From positions 73,366-137,365 of the forward strand of contig CAZOKB010000001.1 of the NCBI GenBank assembly GCA_964580285.1: 64,000 nucleotides of DNA. Reading direction: 5' to 3'. Below are positions 9,905-19,872 of the stretch, piece by piece (within the stretch, counting starts at the first letter, position 1; each line of letters opens with the position of its first letter). The stretch is from an uncultured Bdellovibrionales bacterium (GTDB lineage: Bacteria; Patescibacteriota; Minisyncoccia; Moranbacterales; UBA1568). The notes beneath the pieces are model-generated. The model saw nothing but the letters and a program-made list of their open reading frames with translations, searched no databases and was not told the origin of the DNA. Position numbers and translations under genes: made by a program.

Positions 9905-10876
9905 ATGGACATACTTTTTTTCATACTTGAACTTATAGCGGTCCCAGCTCTCTCGCCGCTGCTTATCGGGGTTATCCGAAAATGTAAGGCGTGGTTGCAG
10001 AATCGGGTGGGGGCCGATGTGCTGCAACCGTATCGGGATCTTTGGAAATTATTCCAGAAAAATGAGGTGCTTTCTGAAAACGCCTCTTGGGTGACACGTT
10101 TTTTCCCGCTGGTTATTTTTGCGCTCACAGTGTTGATCGGTGGCGCAGTGCCTTTAGTGAGCGCTTTGAGCCCGGAGCTTTCTCTGGGCGGGTCATATGT
10201 ATTTTCTTTGGCTCCGGTTTCTGATTTTATTGTGATCGTGTATCTTTTTGCGCTCGCGACGTTCTTATTGGTGCTTATCGGTATGGATCAGGGGAGCGCT
10301 TTCGGTGGTTTTGGATCGAGTCGCGAAATGATGGTTTCGGCCTTGGCTGAAGGCGGTTTTTTCTTCGCTTTGCTTACGGTGTCGATTGCGGCTCAGACGG
10401 GTAATGTCATGGAAATGGTATCTGGACTGCAGAACTTGCCATTTCCGGTACTTCTCCCGCTCATGATCGCTTTCATTGGATTTTTTCTGGTACTGCTGGC
10501 TGAGAATGCTCGTTTTCCTTTTGATAATCCAGCCACGCATCTTGAACTCACTATGATTCATGAGGCAATGATCCTGGATCTTTCCGGAAAGCGGCTGGCG
10601 CTTATGGAGTGGGCAGCGGCTAATAAGCTCCTTATTTTTCTGGCACTGGGGGCTAATCTCTTCTTCCCGTGGGGAGTAGCGGTGACGTATGAGCCGAGCG
10701 CTTTTGTTGTCGCTTTGCCTTTGTTCTTGCTCAAGGTAGTGTTCCTGGCGATAGTGATTGCTGGTATCGAATCCCTCATGGCGAAGTTTCGCCTCTTCCG
10801 TCTGCCGGATCTCTTGTTCACCTCGTTCATTTTGTCGGTGATCGCTATTGGTATTTATGTAGGCGCCTATGTCTGA
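9905..10876 (+). CDS. NuoH/HycD/HyfC-like membrane subunit
   Basis: N-terminal KAWLQNRVGADVLQPYRDLWKLFQKNE is NuoH-like. 8 predicted TM segments. Confidence 0.7.
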   Translation: MDILFFILELIAVPALSPLLIGVIRKCKAWLQNRVGADVLQPYRDLWKLFQKNEVLSENASWVTRFFPLVIFALTVLIGGAVPLVSALSPELSLGGSYVFSLAPVSDFIVIVYLFALATFLLVLIGMDQGSAFGGFGSSREMMVSALAEGGFFFALLTVSIAAQTGNVMEMVSGLQNLPFPVLLPLMIAFIGFFLVLLAENARFPFDNPATHLELTMIHEAMILDLSGKRLALMEWAAANKLLIFLALGANLFFPWGVAVTYEPSAFVVALPLFLLKVVFLAIVIAGIESLMAKFRLFRLPDLLFTSFILSVIAIGIYVGAYV

Positions 10877-11525
10877 AAACTTTTTTGAAATTTTCTTTTT
10901 TCTGGATATTGTCGCTTTTCTGGCGGCGGTGTTTATGCACCTTGTGAAGCGGTCTCGTTCGCTGGTGCGCCTCTATGCGCTTCAGTCATTTGCTGTGGCT
11001 GGGACGCTCTTTTTTCTGGGTTTTCTGGAAGATGAACGCAGTCTTATGTTAGTAGGAGCTATTACGCTTTTGGTAAAGGCAGTCATCGCGCCAGTGTTTT
11101 TTGGTAAGGTCTTGCGTAAGCTTTCGTCGGCAGCGAGTGCTACCAACTATCTAAGCACGCCACTTACGCTATTTGTCCTGACAGGGCTTGTTCTGTTTTC
11201 TTATTCCAAGGTATTCCTTCCTCTTGCTACCTTATACCCGCAGGCATTTGTTTCGGTGGCTCTCAATATCTCGTTGATCTTTATTTCTATTTTTCTGTTG
11301 ATTAATCGTCGCGGAGTATTTACTCAGATGGTAGGTATGCTTTCGCTCGAGAATAGCATCGTTTTATTCGCGGCCTTTTTCGGTCTACACCATCCGTTGC
11401 CTCTGGAGATTGGAACCTTGTTTGATATTGTGATCTGGATGGTTATTGCATCTATGTTTTTGGGCATGATTTACCGTCAGTTCGGTACGTTGTCTACCGC
11501 TGATCTGAAACGTCTTACCGAATAA
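10869..11525 (+). CDS. HyfE-like small membrane subunit (NuoK/J-like)
   Basis: 218-aa polytopic protein inside a hydrogenase-4-like gene order. Confidence 0.55.
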   Translation: MSENFFEIFFFLDIVAFLAAVFMHLVKRSRSLVRLYALQSFAVAGTLFFLGFLEDERSLMLVGAITLLVKAVIAPVFFGKVLRKLSSAASATNYLSTPLTLFVLTGLVLFSYSKVFLPLATLYPQAFVSVALNISLIFISIFLLINRRGVFTQMVGMLSLENSIVLFAAFFGLHHPLPLEIGTLFDIVIWMVIASMFLGMIYRQFGTLSTADLKRLTE

Positions 11526-11535
11526 TCAACATTCT

Positions 11536-12993
11536 ATGCTGCTTGTCTATCTTATTGCGACTCCGCTCCTGGCTGCTTTTATACTTTTCTCACTCAAGCC
11601 TGGTCAGGTTCGCCTTATCGAACGTGTGGTCGGGTCAGCAGCGATTATAAGCGCCGTACTCTACACAGATATTCTCATGAGCTTTGAGTCAGGGATGACT
11701 CTTTCGGTGGGGAAGTACTTGGCTTTTGATGCGTTTTCAGCGCTCCTCTCTCTGATTATCTCCAGTATTGGTTTTTTTGTGGCGTTTTATGCGATCGGGT
11801 ATTTGCGTCATGAGGTTGCGAAGGGGATTGTGGGACCGCGCCGGGTAAAACAATTTTTCATACTTTTCGAGTTGTTTCTTTTTGCTATGCTCTTGGCATC
11901 GAGTGCTGCGAATCCGGTACTCATGTGGATCGCTATTGAGGCGACGACTTTAGCGACAGCTTTTCTTATCAGTTTTTATAACAAACCAACAGCTACGGAA
12001 GCTGCCTGGAAATACCTCATCATCAATTCACTGGGGCTGTTGGTAGGGTTTTTAGGAACCTTGCTGTTTCTTTCACTTCCGAATGAAATTGCGAGCGGTG
12101 GCATAATGACATGGGCGGATCTGCGTTCGGCGGCTCCAGAGTTTCATCCAATGGTAGCGAAGGTAGCTTTTTTGTTCGTTTTGGTCGGCTACGGAACCAA
12201 GGTAGGTCTCGTGCCAATGCACACGTGGCTACCGGATGCTCATGGCAAGGCTCCGTCGCCGATTTCTGCTCTCCTCTCCGGAGTACTGCTCAATGTAGCA
12301 CTGATCTCAATCTTGCGTTTCAAGGGCCTCGTGGACCTTTCTTTAGGAACGGCTTTTACTTCAACACTCCTCATGTATTTCGGTCTTGCTTCGCTCGTGT
12401 TGGCGGCACTCATTATTTTTACGCAACGGAGCTATAAACGCTTGTTGGCTTACTCGAGTATTGAACACATGGGCATTGTGGCCTTGGGTATTGGCTTTGG
12501 AGGAGTAGGCACGGTGGCGGCATTTTTCCATATTCTCTACCACGCGCTCTCCAAAGTATTCCTCTTCTTGGCAGCCGGAAACATTCTGCTTCGCTTTAGT
12601 TCTACAAAGTTTGCCTACGTTTCGGGTGTGATTCGTGCCTTGCCAGTAACAGGTGTGCTCTTTTTCGGCGGATTTTTGGCGATTTCCGGTTTGCCGCCCT
12701 TCGGAATGTTCTTTTCAAAATTCTTGATCCTTTCAGCTGGAGCAAACGAACATCTCTTGGTTATGGGAACGGCTGTAATAGCTCTAGCAGTCGTGTTTTA
12801 TGGATTTTTTCGACATGTTTCGCCGATGCTTTTTGGACCATTGCCAGAGGGTATTGAGCGAGGCGAGGCTAATTGGCTGACACTGTTTCCGCTTATAGCG
12901 CTGGCAGGCCTTTATCTTTTCTTGAGCTTCTCCGTGCCGGAACCTCTTTTAGCTATTCTTTCTGGCGCTGCTGATATGGTGAATTTCAAATAA
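11536..12993 (+). CDS. NuoN/NuoM/HyfF-like proton-translocating membrane subunit
   Basis: WLPDAHGKAPSPISALLSGVLLNVA antiporter-module motif. 485 aa. Confidence 0.75.
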   Translation: MLLVYLIATPLLAAFILFSLKPGQVRLIERVVGSAAIISAVLYTDILMSFESGMTLSVGKYLAFDAFSALLSLIISSIGFFVAFYAIGYLRHEVAKGIVGPRRVKQFFILFELFLFAMLLASSAANPVLMWIAIEATTLATAFLISFYNKPTATEAAWKYLIINSLGLLVGFLGTLLFLSLPNEIASGGIMTWADLRSAAPEFHPMVAKVAFLFVLVGYGTKVGLVPMHTWLPDAHGKAPSPISALLSGVLLNVALISILRFKGLVDLSLGTAFTSTLLMYFGLASLVLAALIIFTQRSYKRLLAYSSIEHMGIVALGIGFGGVGTVAAFFHILYHALSKVFLFLAAGNILLRFSSTKFAYVSGVIRALPVTGVLFFGGFLAISGLPPFGMFFSKFLILSAGANEHLLVMGTAVIALAVVFYGFFRHVSPMLFGPLPEGIERGEANWLTLFPLIALAGLYLFLSFSVPEPLLAILSGAADMVNFK

Positions 12994-13012
12994 TTTTTTC
13001 CACACTGATTCT

Positions 13013-14596
13013 ATGCACGATACGCACTCCCTTCTTTCTCGTCTTGGTCTCGATCATTTTCCTTCAAAAACGGAACGGAATCTGTTAGTGGTAACGGTAG
13101 CACAGGAACTCTTGCCTGGTGTAGCCCGAACGCTTCTGGCAGATCACGGTCTGCATCTTAAGACTGTCGTAGCCACGGATGAACGGCAGGCTGGAAGAGA
13201 TTTTGTGATCCGGTATATTTTTGGCTTACCCAAAGAGCCCGTGTTTGTGGTCTTGGAAATCGATGTGGATCGCTATGCTTGTACTTTCCCATCATTGGTT
13301 TTTGTGAGCCAAAGCTTCTCATTGTATGAACAGGAAATAAAGAGTTTGTTTGGACTTGAACCGGTAGGGCATCCTAAGCCAGATCGTATTATTTTGCATC
13401 GACACTATCCGAAAGAGTTCTATCCTTTGCGCAAAGATACTGCTTGGGATACCCGTTTTCCACTGCCCACTGAAGATACGGTGACGGAAGTGGAAGGAGT
13501 AGTGGGAGAGGGGATATATCAGATCCCCGTCGGACCGGTCCATGCAGGGATTATCGAGCCGGGGCATTTCCGTTTCAGTGCTCTGGGCGAAGAAATAGTG
13601 AAATTCGAAGCTGAGTTGGGGTATGTGCACAAAGGGACAGAAAAACTCTTTGAAACGCTGCCCTTGGAAAAAACGCTTTCTTTGGCAGAGCATATTTCCG
13701 GGGATAGCTCGGTGCATCATGCGTTAGTATTTGCCCAGGCTGTTGAGACTTTGACAGATGTCCGCGTGCCTGAGCGAGCGAAGCTGATTCGTATGGTATG
13801 TGCAGAACTGGAACGCCTAGCCAATCATTTCAATGATATCGGGTTCATTATGCTCGATACGGGTTTTTCATTCGGAGGGAGTCACGGAGCTCGCTTGCGT
13901 GAACGGGTGATGCAGTGGAACGAACGCCTTACGGGAAACCGTTTTTCTCGAGGGATGATTGCGTTTGGTGGCGTAAACCGAGACATTGAAGAAGCGCTCG
14001 TGGATGCCCTTCAGGATGATCTTGAATTATTGGAAGCTGATTTTAAGGAGGTGATAGAAATAGCCAAGGACTCGGATTCTCTTTATAATCGTTTGAAAGA
14101 AACGGGCCGATTGGATAAGGAGATCGCGGATGATTATGGAGTGATTGGAGTCGGGGCCCGAGCCCTGGGCTACGAGATAGATGCGCGTGTGGATTACCCG
14201 TATGCGGCGTATGAAGCCGTGCAGTTTGCGGTGGCTACCGAGAAACACGGAGATGTACATGCTCGTTTTTTTGTCCGGGTGAAAGAGGTATATCAATCAT
14301 TCCGTATCTTGAATCAGGTGTTAGCTCTACTGCCTTTTGAAACCTCAGCATTAAAAACAGCTCTTCCGGTACTTCCGAGAGAGGCTATGGCCGTAGGTAT
14401 GGTAGAAGGGTGGCGTGGTGATATTGTAACGTTTGTAGCCACAGATGCAGCTGGGAAATTGACTCGTGTCAAAGTGCGCGATACCTCATTCATCAATTGG
14501 CAAATTTTCCCTCACGTTTTATTGCGCGATATTGTTCCCGATTTCCCGCTCATCAACAAGAGCTTCGATCTTTCCTATTCAGGGAATGATCTTTAG
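13013..14596 (+). CDS. NuoC-NuoD fusion / HycE-like large subunit lacking the NiFe-binding CxxC motifs (Ehr-like large subunit)
   Basis: N-terminal NuoC-like domain plus NuoD/HycE-like core (GPVHAGIIEPGHFRFSALGEEIV). No N-terminal RxCGxC or C-terminal DPCxxC cysteines. Confidence 0.75.
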   Translation: MHDTHSLLSRLGLDHFPSKTERNLLVVTVAQELLPGVARTLLADHGLHLKTVVATDERQAGRDFVIRYIFGLPKEPVFVVLEIDVDRYACTFPSLVFVSQSFSLYEQEIKSLFGLEPVGHPKPDRIILHRHYPKEFYPLRKDTAWDTRFPLPTEDTVTEVEGVVGEGIYQIPVGPVHAGIIEPGHFRFSALGEEIVKFEAELGYVHKGTEKLFETLPLEKTLSLAEHISGDSSVHHALVFAQAVETLTDVRVPERAKLIRMVCAELERLANHFNDIGFIMLDTGFSFGGSHGARLRERVMQWNERLTGNRFSRGMIAFGGVNRDIEEALVDALQDDLELLEADFKEVIEIAKDSDSLYNRLKETGRLDKEIADDYGVIGVGARALGYEIDARVDYPYAAYEAVQFAVATEKHGDVHARFFVRVKEVYQSFRILNQVLALLPFETSALKTALPVLPREAMAVGMVEGWRGDIVTFVATDAAGKLTRVKVRDTSFINWQIFPHVLLRDIVPDFPLINKSFDLSYSGNDL

Positions 14597-14837
14597 TATC
14601 CTCTTGAAGAAATGGATTTTTCTGCTAGAAGAAGTGTCTTTTTTGGAGTATACTGAAAGCGCTTCATTCGTTCGAGGAGGATACTGATGAAAGCGTATAC
14701 TTCGGTCTCATTGGCCCCTTTGTTTCCGTGCGTCTGGTGGTATGCCTACTCTATGGGCATGTACGCCACTCTGACTCAGCGTATCATCCGGCATGCGGCC
14801 GAGCAGTATTGATGCTCTCCGTTCCTGTGAGAAGCAA

Positions 14838-14870
14838 CCCCCTTTGGTAGAACCGGAGGGGGATTTTTAT
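14838..14870 (+). terminator. rho-independent terminator after the Ehr-like operon
   Basis: 10-bp stem CCCCCTTTGG / CCGGAGGGGG with tagaa loop, followed by TTTTT. Confidence 0.65.
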
Positions 14871-15123
14871 TACCCAACGAAGGGAGTAAAGCGAAAGTAA
14901 GCTTTCGTTTCTGAGCGAGTGTAGGTAAAAGCCAGTCTAATACCCAGTGGTTTGCTATGAAACAAAATAAACATTATTTGTTTTTTTTGAGTTTAGCGTT
15001 CTTGAGGGTACATCTCTGTTGTTGGTTGAAGACAAAAATAATTCTTCTTTTTTGTTTATAGATAAAACCCCCGTCTGGTATCAACCGGACGGGGGAGGAA
15101 GGGGCCTCATGATTTCCCTCAGA

Positions 15124-15795
15124 TTAAATGAGGATGCAATGAGGGACAAATTCGTAGGTGCGACCATCTTTACCGACCCGCTGTTTGATACTGCCGGGGA
15201 GGCGAGGGAAGTGCTCACTGCCAAACTGGCGCTCGAGCTTCTTCTCCAGGTAGTCGCGCCGGGTCGAGGCGAAGGCTTCGAGCGCGCCGTCTTCGAGATA
15301 CTGCCGTACCTTGAGGTGCAGTGCATCGAAGACGAGACGGCTTCCGGAATTGTTGATCATCCGGCTTATCTCGACCGCCCTGCTGGGGTCGATCATCGTT
15401 TGGCCAGCTTCGTTCAGGGTTTCTTCCATAGGAAGTGGCCCATTAAGCAGGCTCTTGTGGATGATGCGGCAGCCAGCCACAACCGTGTCATCTTTGACGA
15501 CAACGATGAATTTGGCTGCACGATCGTAGCGATCGCGTTCCAGGCCGCGCGGTTCCTCCCATTCATACTTCTCCGCGAAAATCTGATCGCGGAGACGGTA
15601 GAAGCTCTGCGCCAAGAGGGCGTGAGCTGGGAAGGCGGGGTCGATGACCACAAGCCGGTACCCCTGCAGACGCAGCGCAAGACTGAGAAGGCAGAGTGTC
15701 GCTTCGGGGTGTGCCAGCGCGGTGTCGCGCAGAAATTTTTGAATTCGCATGAGGATTCTCCTAGAGTTGAGCCCGGGATAACGGGCAAGCTGCAA
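15124..15795 (-). CDS. LuxI-family autoinducer synthase-like GNAT acyltransferase
   Basis: LuxI block motifs RLRDQIFAEKYEW, ERDRYD, GCRII and EISRM. GC-rich gene flanked by AT-rich spacers. Confidence 0.6.
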   Translation of the reverse strand: MQLARYPGLNSRRILMRIQKFLRDTALAHPEATLCLLSLALRLQGYRLVVIDPAFPAHALLAQSFYRLRDQIFAEKYEWEEPRGLERDRYDRAAKFIVVVKDDTVVAGCRIIHKSLLNGPLPMEETLNEAGQTMIDPSRAVEISRMINNSGSRLVFDALHLKVRQYLEDGALEAFASTRRDYLEKKLERQFGSEHFPRLPGSIKQRVGKDGRTYEFVPHCILI

Positions 15796-15964
15796 ACGTG
15801 CAGCCAGAATTGTTATCCCTAAAGCCCCCCGAGGGGGACCCCTTTAAGGTACTAAATGTATATTATATACCTTTTTTTAATATTTGTCAATAGTAAAATA
15901 ATAATTTATTTAAGCTGTTATAAGATACTTTTGAAGAAATGTGGTAAACTAGTAACAAAGAATT

Positions 15965-16540
15965 ATGGATGCTTTTGAAAGTCAATTCAGCGGTCATCCT
16001 GCAGAAAGTCATCCTCAGCCTCGGGGATGGTCTTCGGGTATGCGTGCTGAATTTGCCACTCACCGTATTGAACCAGGTTGGCACATAAAACCCCTGACTC
16101 CAGAAGCTCAGGCACTTCTGTTTTCTCTTGGAAACGAAATTGTCGATGAGTTAGAGCGGAATATTATTCAGAGGGGTATAAAGCTTGGATTTTCTCGAGC
16201 TGATTTTCAACCATTGTTTGAGAAGATTCGTCCAGAGGCCGAAAAGTTTTTGGAAGAAACGCTGTATCCAGAAATACTCCCGAAAGTAGATGCCCAGGGA
16301 ATACTTGTCCAGGATGGCAGTCAAGAAATTTTTCTGGAAGAATGGGTGCAGGATGAGCAGGAGGCGCGCGAAGGAAAACATCCGCGGCCCGAGTTAGCAC
16401 ATGGCATGAAAAAGGACCATATTCTGTTATTGGCTGATGGGCGAGTAGCGGAAATGAAACTCGATGGAGTGCAGAGTTTTGAAGACTACTTGTTTCGTAT
16501 TGTTACGAGCGGATTATCACCAAAAACCAAGCGGCAATAG
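15965..16540 (+). CDS. hypothetical protein
   Basis: 191-aa ORF, divergently arranged from the LuxI-like gene. Confidence 0.4.
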   Translation: MDAFESQFSGHPAESHPQPRGWSSGMRAEFATHRIEPGWHIKPLTPEAQALLFSLGNEIVDELERNIIQRGIKLGFSRADFQPLFEKIRPEAEKFLEETLYPEILPKVDAQGILVQDGSQEIFLEEWVQDEQEAREGKHPRPELAHGMKKDHILLLADGRVAEMKLDGVQSFEDYLFRIVTSGLSPKTKRQ

Positions 16541-16627
16541 CGGATAATTGTCAGTCTTTACTTTTTATGCCACAATGGTATTCATTGCCGATAGAGACGG
16601 CTTTTTTGTTTGTAGAAGGAAGTGTAT

Positions 16628-18085
16628 ATGGCGAAGGATAATGTGGTTTTGAGGTTCGAGAAGGTGTCTTTTGAGTATGGGCACAAAAAGCCGATTCTCG
16701 AAGAGGTAAGCTTTGCGGTGCGTAATGGCGCTAAGTTAACGTTGATGGGTCAGAACGGGGCGGGAAAAAGCTCACTGTTCAAATTGATCATGGGAGAACT
16801 CACGCCTCAGGCAGGTCGGGTGTCGATAGATCAGCATGCCACCGTGGCAATTGGGCGCCAAACGATACCGCGTGATCAATTAGGGTTCACGGTTGAAGCA
16901 TTCTTTGAACAATTTTTTACTGAAAAACAGTGGAATCTCCCGAAGTTGATCGCGGAAGTACTGGACGCCGTTAACCTACCTATGCCGCCGCTTGATAAGA
17001 AGATGAATGAATTTTCGGGAGGGCAGCAGGCGCGCCTCTTATTGGCTTCGGCGCTTATTCAGAATCCGGATATTTTGCTCCTCGACGAGCCGACGAATAA
17101 TCTCGACTACGAAGGTATTGCTCACTTGACGAGCTTTCTCATTGGTTACGAAAAGACGGTATTAGTGATCTCTCATGATGCGGATTTTTTGAATGCTTTC
17201 ACGCACGGCGTTCTGTATCTTGATGTGCATACGCATACGATTGAACAGTATACGGGCGACTATTACGATGTTGTTGAAGAAATCAAACGGCGGATCGAGA
17301 AAGAGCAGAGCGAGAACGTGCGCCTTGAGCGGACGATACGCGAGAAAAAGGATCAGGCCAATGTGTTTGCGAATAAAGGCGGGAAGCTGCGTGCGGTCGC
17401 CAAGCGCATGCGTGATCTCGCTCTAGAGCTTGAAGAGAATAAAGTGGAAATTCGCCGAGAAGACAAGGCATTACCGGAATTCGAGATTCCGTTCCCGGAT
17501 ATCGTGGGGCCGATTGTGCACTTGAAGACCGTGTCATTAGTGGGCGAGTTCGGAGCCAATGTGAAAGGTATAGATCTGACGCTGAAAAAGAAAATGCATC
17601 TTTTGGTCTCAGGGCCGAACGGTATCGGTAAGAGCACCTTTCTTGAAGAACTGGCTTCTGGAAATACTGAGCGAGCGGATATCACACCAGGGGTACGCGT
17701 GGGTTATTACCGGCAGGATTTTTCCACGTTGGATTTTGATCGGACAGGATTTGAGGCGCTAGAAGAGGTTATGGAGCAAGGGACCAAGGAAGATATCTAT
17801 CGGATTGCGGCGAGCTTCCTTATCTCAGCTGAACTTTTGAATCATAAGGTAGCGAGCTTTTCGGAAGGACAGAAAGGACTTCTCTTGTTCGCTCGCTTGG
17901 TGATTGAGCGCCCACAGCTCCTTATTCTGGATGAGCCAACGAACCATATCAATTTCCGTCATTTACCGGTAATTGCACAGGCTCTTAACGAATATGAGGG
18001 TGCCATGATACTGGTATCGCACGTGCCGGATTTTGTGGCGCAGATCCGTATTGATGAGGAGCTCGATCTGGCGAAGCTCAGATAG
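16628..18085 (+). CDS. ABC-F family ATPase (two tandem ABC domains, no TMD)
   Basis: Two Walker A motifs (GQNGAGKS, GPNGIGKS), signature LSGGQQARLLLA and inter-domain linker. Confidence 0.8.
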   Translation: MAKDNVVLRFEKVSFEYGHKKPILEEVSFAVRNGAKLTLMGQNGAGKSSLFKLIMGELTPQAGRVSIDQHATVAIGRQTIPRDQLGFTVEAFFEQFFTEKQWNLPKLIAEVLDAVNLPMPPLDKKMNEFSGGQQARLLLASALIQNPDILLLDEPTNNLDYEGIAHLTSFLIGYEKTVLVISHDADFLNAFTHGVLYLDVHTHTIEQYTGDYYDVVEEIKRRIEKEQSENVRLERTIREKKDQANVFANKGGKLRAVAKRMRDLALELEENKVEIRREDKALPEFEIPFPDIVGPIVHLKTVSLVGEFGANVKGIDLTLKKKMHLLVSGPNGIGKSTFLEELASGNTERADITPGVRVGYYRQDFSTLDFDRTGFEALEEVMEQGTKEDIYRIAASFLISAELLNHKVASFSEGQKGLLLFARLVIERPQLLILDEPTNHINFRHLPVIAQALNEYEGAMILVSHVPDFVAQIRIDEELDLAKLR

Positions 18086-18336
18086 TCAGCGCAAGGAATA
18101 TGAAGATTATAAAAGGCTCTCCGACAGGAGTCTTTTTGTATAAAAAAATAACAGGTAATCACCCCAGAGCAAGCTCCGGACACTCAAACGAGTTAAGACT
18201 CGTTTGACTTCCGCGGCAAGCCGCGGGGTATGTACCCTGATTTTACCTACACTCGTTCAAATTCTTTTGGTAATGAAAAGCGAGTCACTGTAAGTGACTC
18301 GCTGGTTTTGTAGAACGAGAAGCGTGATTCTCGAAC

Positions 18337-18660
18337 TTAGCCGACCGACAAAGTTTTGCCGTTCCGGTCGATGATGCGGCAGCCTTGGGACTGGAGCAGG
18401 TTGATGGCCAGAACGTTGAGTTCGGCCTGGGTGGCTGCGATGCCGAAGCCGCTGTCGAGCGAGTGCTGCGTGCCAATCCCGATCTGGTCGCCCAAACGGA
18501 ACGTCTGGATCGAATGAGCGTTTCTGCGCGTGAGCGGATCATGACCGCTGTGCGAAGTGATCCCGAGTTCTTGGGGGTCGATGTTGATCTTCCGGCCGTG
18601 GGAATCGATGATCTGGATTGGTGCCTTGGGAATAGACATGTGCCGGTGCTTCTTATGCAT
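18337..18660 (-). CDS. hypothetical protein
   Basis: 107-aa ORF. A stem-loop (CGAGTCACT gtaa GTGACTCG, 18281-18302) lies 35 nt beyond its stop. Confidence 0.3.
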   Translation of the reverse strand: MHKKHRHMSIPKAPIQIIDSHGRKINIDPQELGITSHSGHDPLTRRNAHSIQTFRLGDQIGIGTQHSLDSGFGIAATQAELNVLAINLLQSQGCRIIDRNGKTLSVG

Positions 18661-18800
18661 GGGCTTTCTCCTTGAGGTAAGCTCAATTGGAAAAGAAAAA
18701 GTCGGGAGTAACCGACCAGGTAACTCTATCGTTTATAGGGTGTTTTGTCAACACGATTCAGTGAGATCAGCGAACTTGAAAAGGGAGTGAAGCGGATAAA

Positions 18801-18975
18801 CTAATTGTCAAATGTTTGACTGAGACGATAACCAGTATACACGCCGGCGAGTCCGCCGATGCCACTCAAGATCACTGAAGCGAGAGAAAAAGTACTGCCA
18901 CCCCAGAGAAGGGGCAGGTATCCTCCGAGTAGGGTTCCGATACAGAGAAAAATAAGGATAAGCTTTTTGGTCATA
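18801..18975 (-). CDS. small hydrophobic membrane protein (58 aa), below the ORF-track length cutoff
   Basis: ATG at 18975 to TAG at 18801 encodes MTKKLILIFLCIGTLLGGYLPLLWGGSTFSLASVILSGIGGLAGVYTGYRLSQTFDN, with two predicted TM helices. Confidence 0.3.
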
Positions 18976-19261
18976 GCTCAGGTTTTTCTGTCTTTCAGTA
19001 TAGTGTGTCTTGTTGTGAAGAGGAAAGAAGTACGTGGCAGGATAGGGCTGTTATCACTAGGAATATTCACTAAGATAAAGCCTAGTTCAGTCTTGCTGAA
19101 TAGGGTTAAAAACTCCTGTAGAGTAGCTCTTCTTGGTGGGATACTCAAACAGACTTTTTAATGGACATCGAGAATATATTTAAACCAGTAAATATCCTTT
19201 ACACGAGAGGAATTTGTGATACACTGGTCGTGGTCAATGTTACCAAGAAGGGAGACTGATC

Positions 19262-19810
19262 ATGCCCCGCTTTATAGTCTTATGGATTGCTCTGTTCTTT
19301 GTTTACCCCGTAGATGTTACAGCACGTATCACTCTTGTGGGTCAACACAAGCTTTCTGTGTACCAACAAGAGGATTTGGAACAGATTATGCATGATATGC
19401 TGGTCTGGATTGCTCATCATTCTGGTTATGCCGTCACGTTTGAACTTCCCAGCATCGAATTCGTTTCGCCGGAAACGCTGGCAGGAGGAGGAGACTACGG
19501 TGGCCCGGTGGCATTTTTTGCTTGGGATCAAGGAAGGCTTCAAATAAGTGAACACCTGGATGTATTCCAGAGCCCTCTTGACCAAGCGTTCCTGCTACAC
19601 GAATTGGTGCACTATTACCAGTGGTTAGCAGGGAAGTCGTTCAAAGACAATGCATGGGAGTGTCAGGAAGACCTTGCTTTGGAGGTGGAGGCGTATGTTT
19701 TGCAACGCCAATACTATTTCACGCATGGGGGGCGGTTTATGCCAGCCATGATACCGGTCTTATTCTGCGATGGAGGTGGCCAGCTTAAGATTAAGGCTGC
19801 ATTGGATTGA
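19262..19810 (+). CDS. secreted hypothetical protein with an HExxH zinc-metallopeptidase-like motif
   Basis: N-terminal signal peptide (MPRFIVLWIALFFVYPVDVTA) and LLHELVHYYQ motif. Confidence 0.45.
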   Translation: MPRFIVLWIALFFVYPVDVTARITLVGQHKLSVYQQEDLEQIMHDMLVWIAHHSGYAVTFELPSIEFVSPETLAGGGDYGGPVAFFAWDQGRLQISEHLDVFQSPLDQAFLLHELVHYYQWLAGKSFKDNAWECQEDLALEVEAYVLQRQYYFTHGGRFMPAMIPVLFCDGGGQLKIKAALD

Positions 19811-19872
19811 TGAGCCACTTACTCGAACGGGAGTTACTACTACTCCCGTTTTTGTTTGAAAAAAATCTGTAA

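Noticed and set aside
15019-15822. 267-aa plus-strand ORF overlapping the LuxI-like gene
   Set aside because: It is antisense to an ORF with clear LuxI-family motifs. It has no motifs of its own and is the typical long shadow ORF of a GC-rich gene
18385-18675. 96-aa plus-strand ORF overlapping the 18337-18660 minus ORF
   Set aside because: A mutually exclusive overlapping pair. The minus ORF was preferred because of the stem-loop 35 nt beyond its stop, though neither has a recognisable family. Low confidence either way
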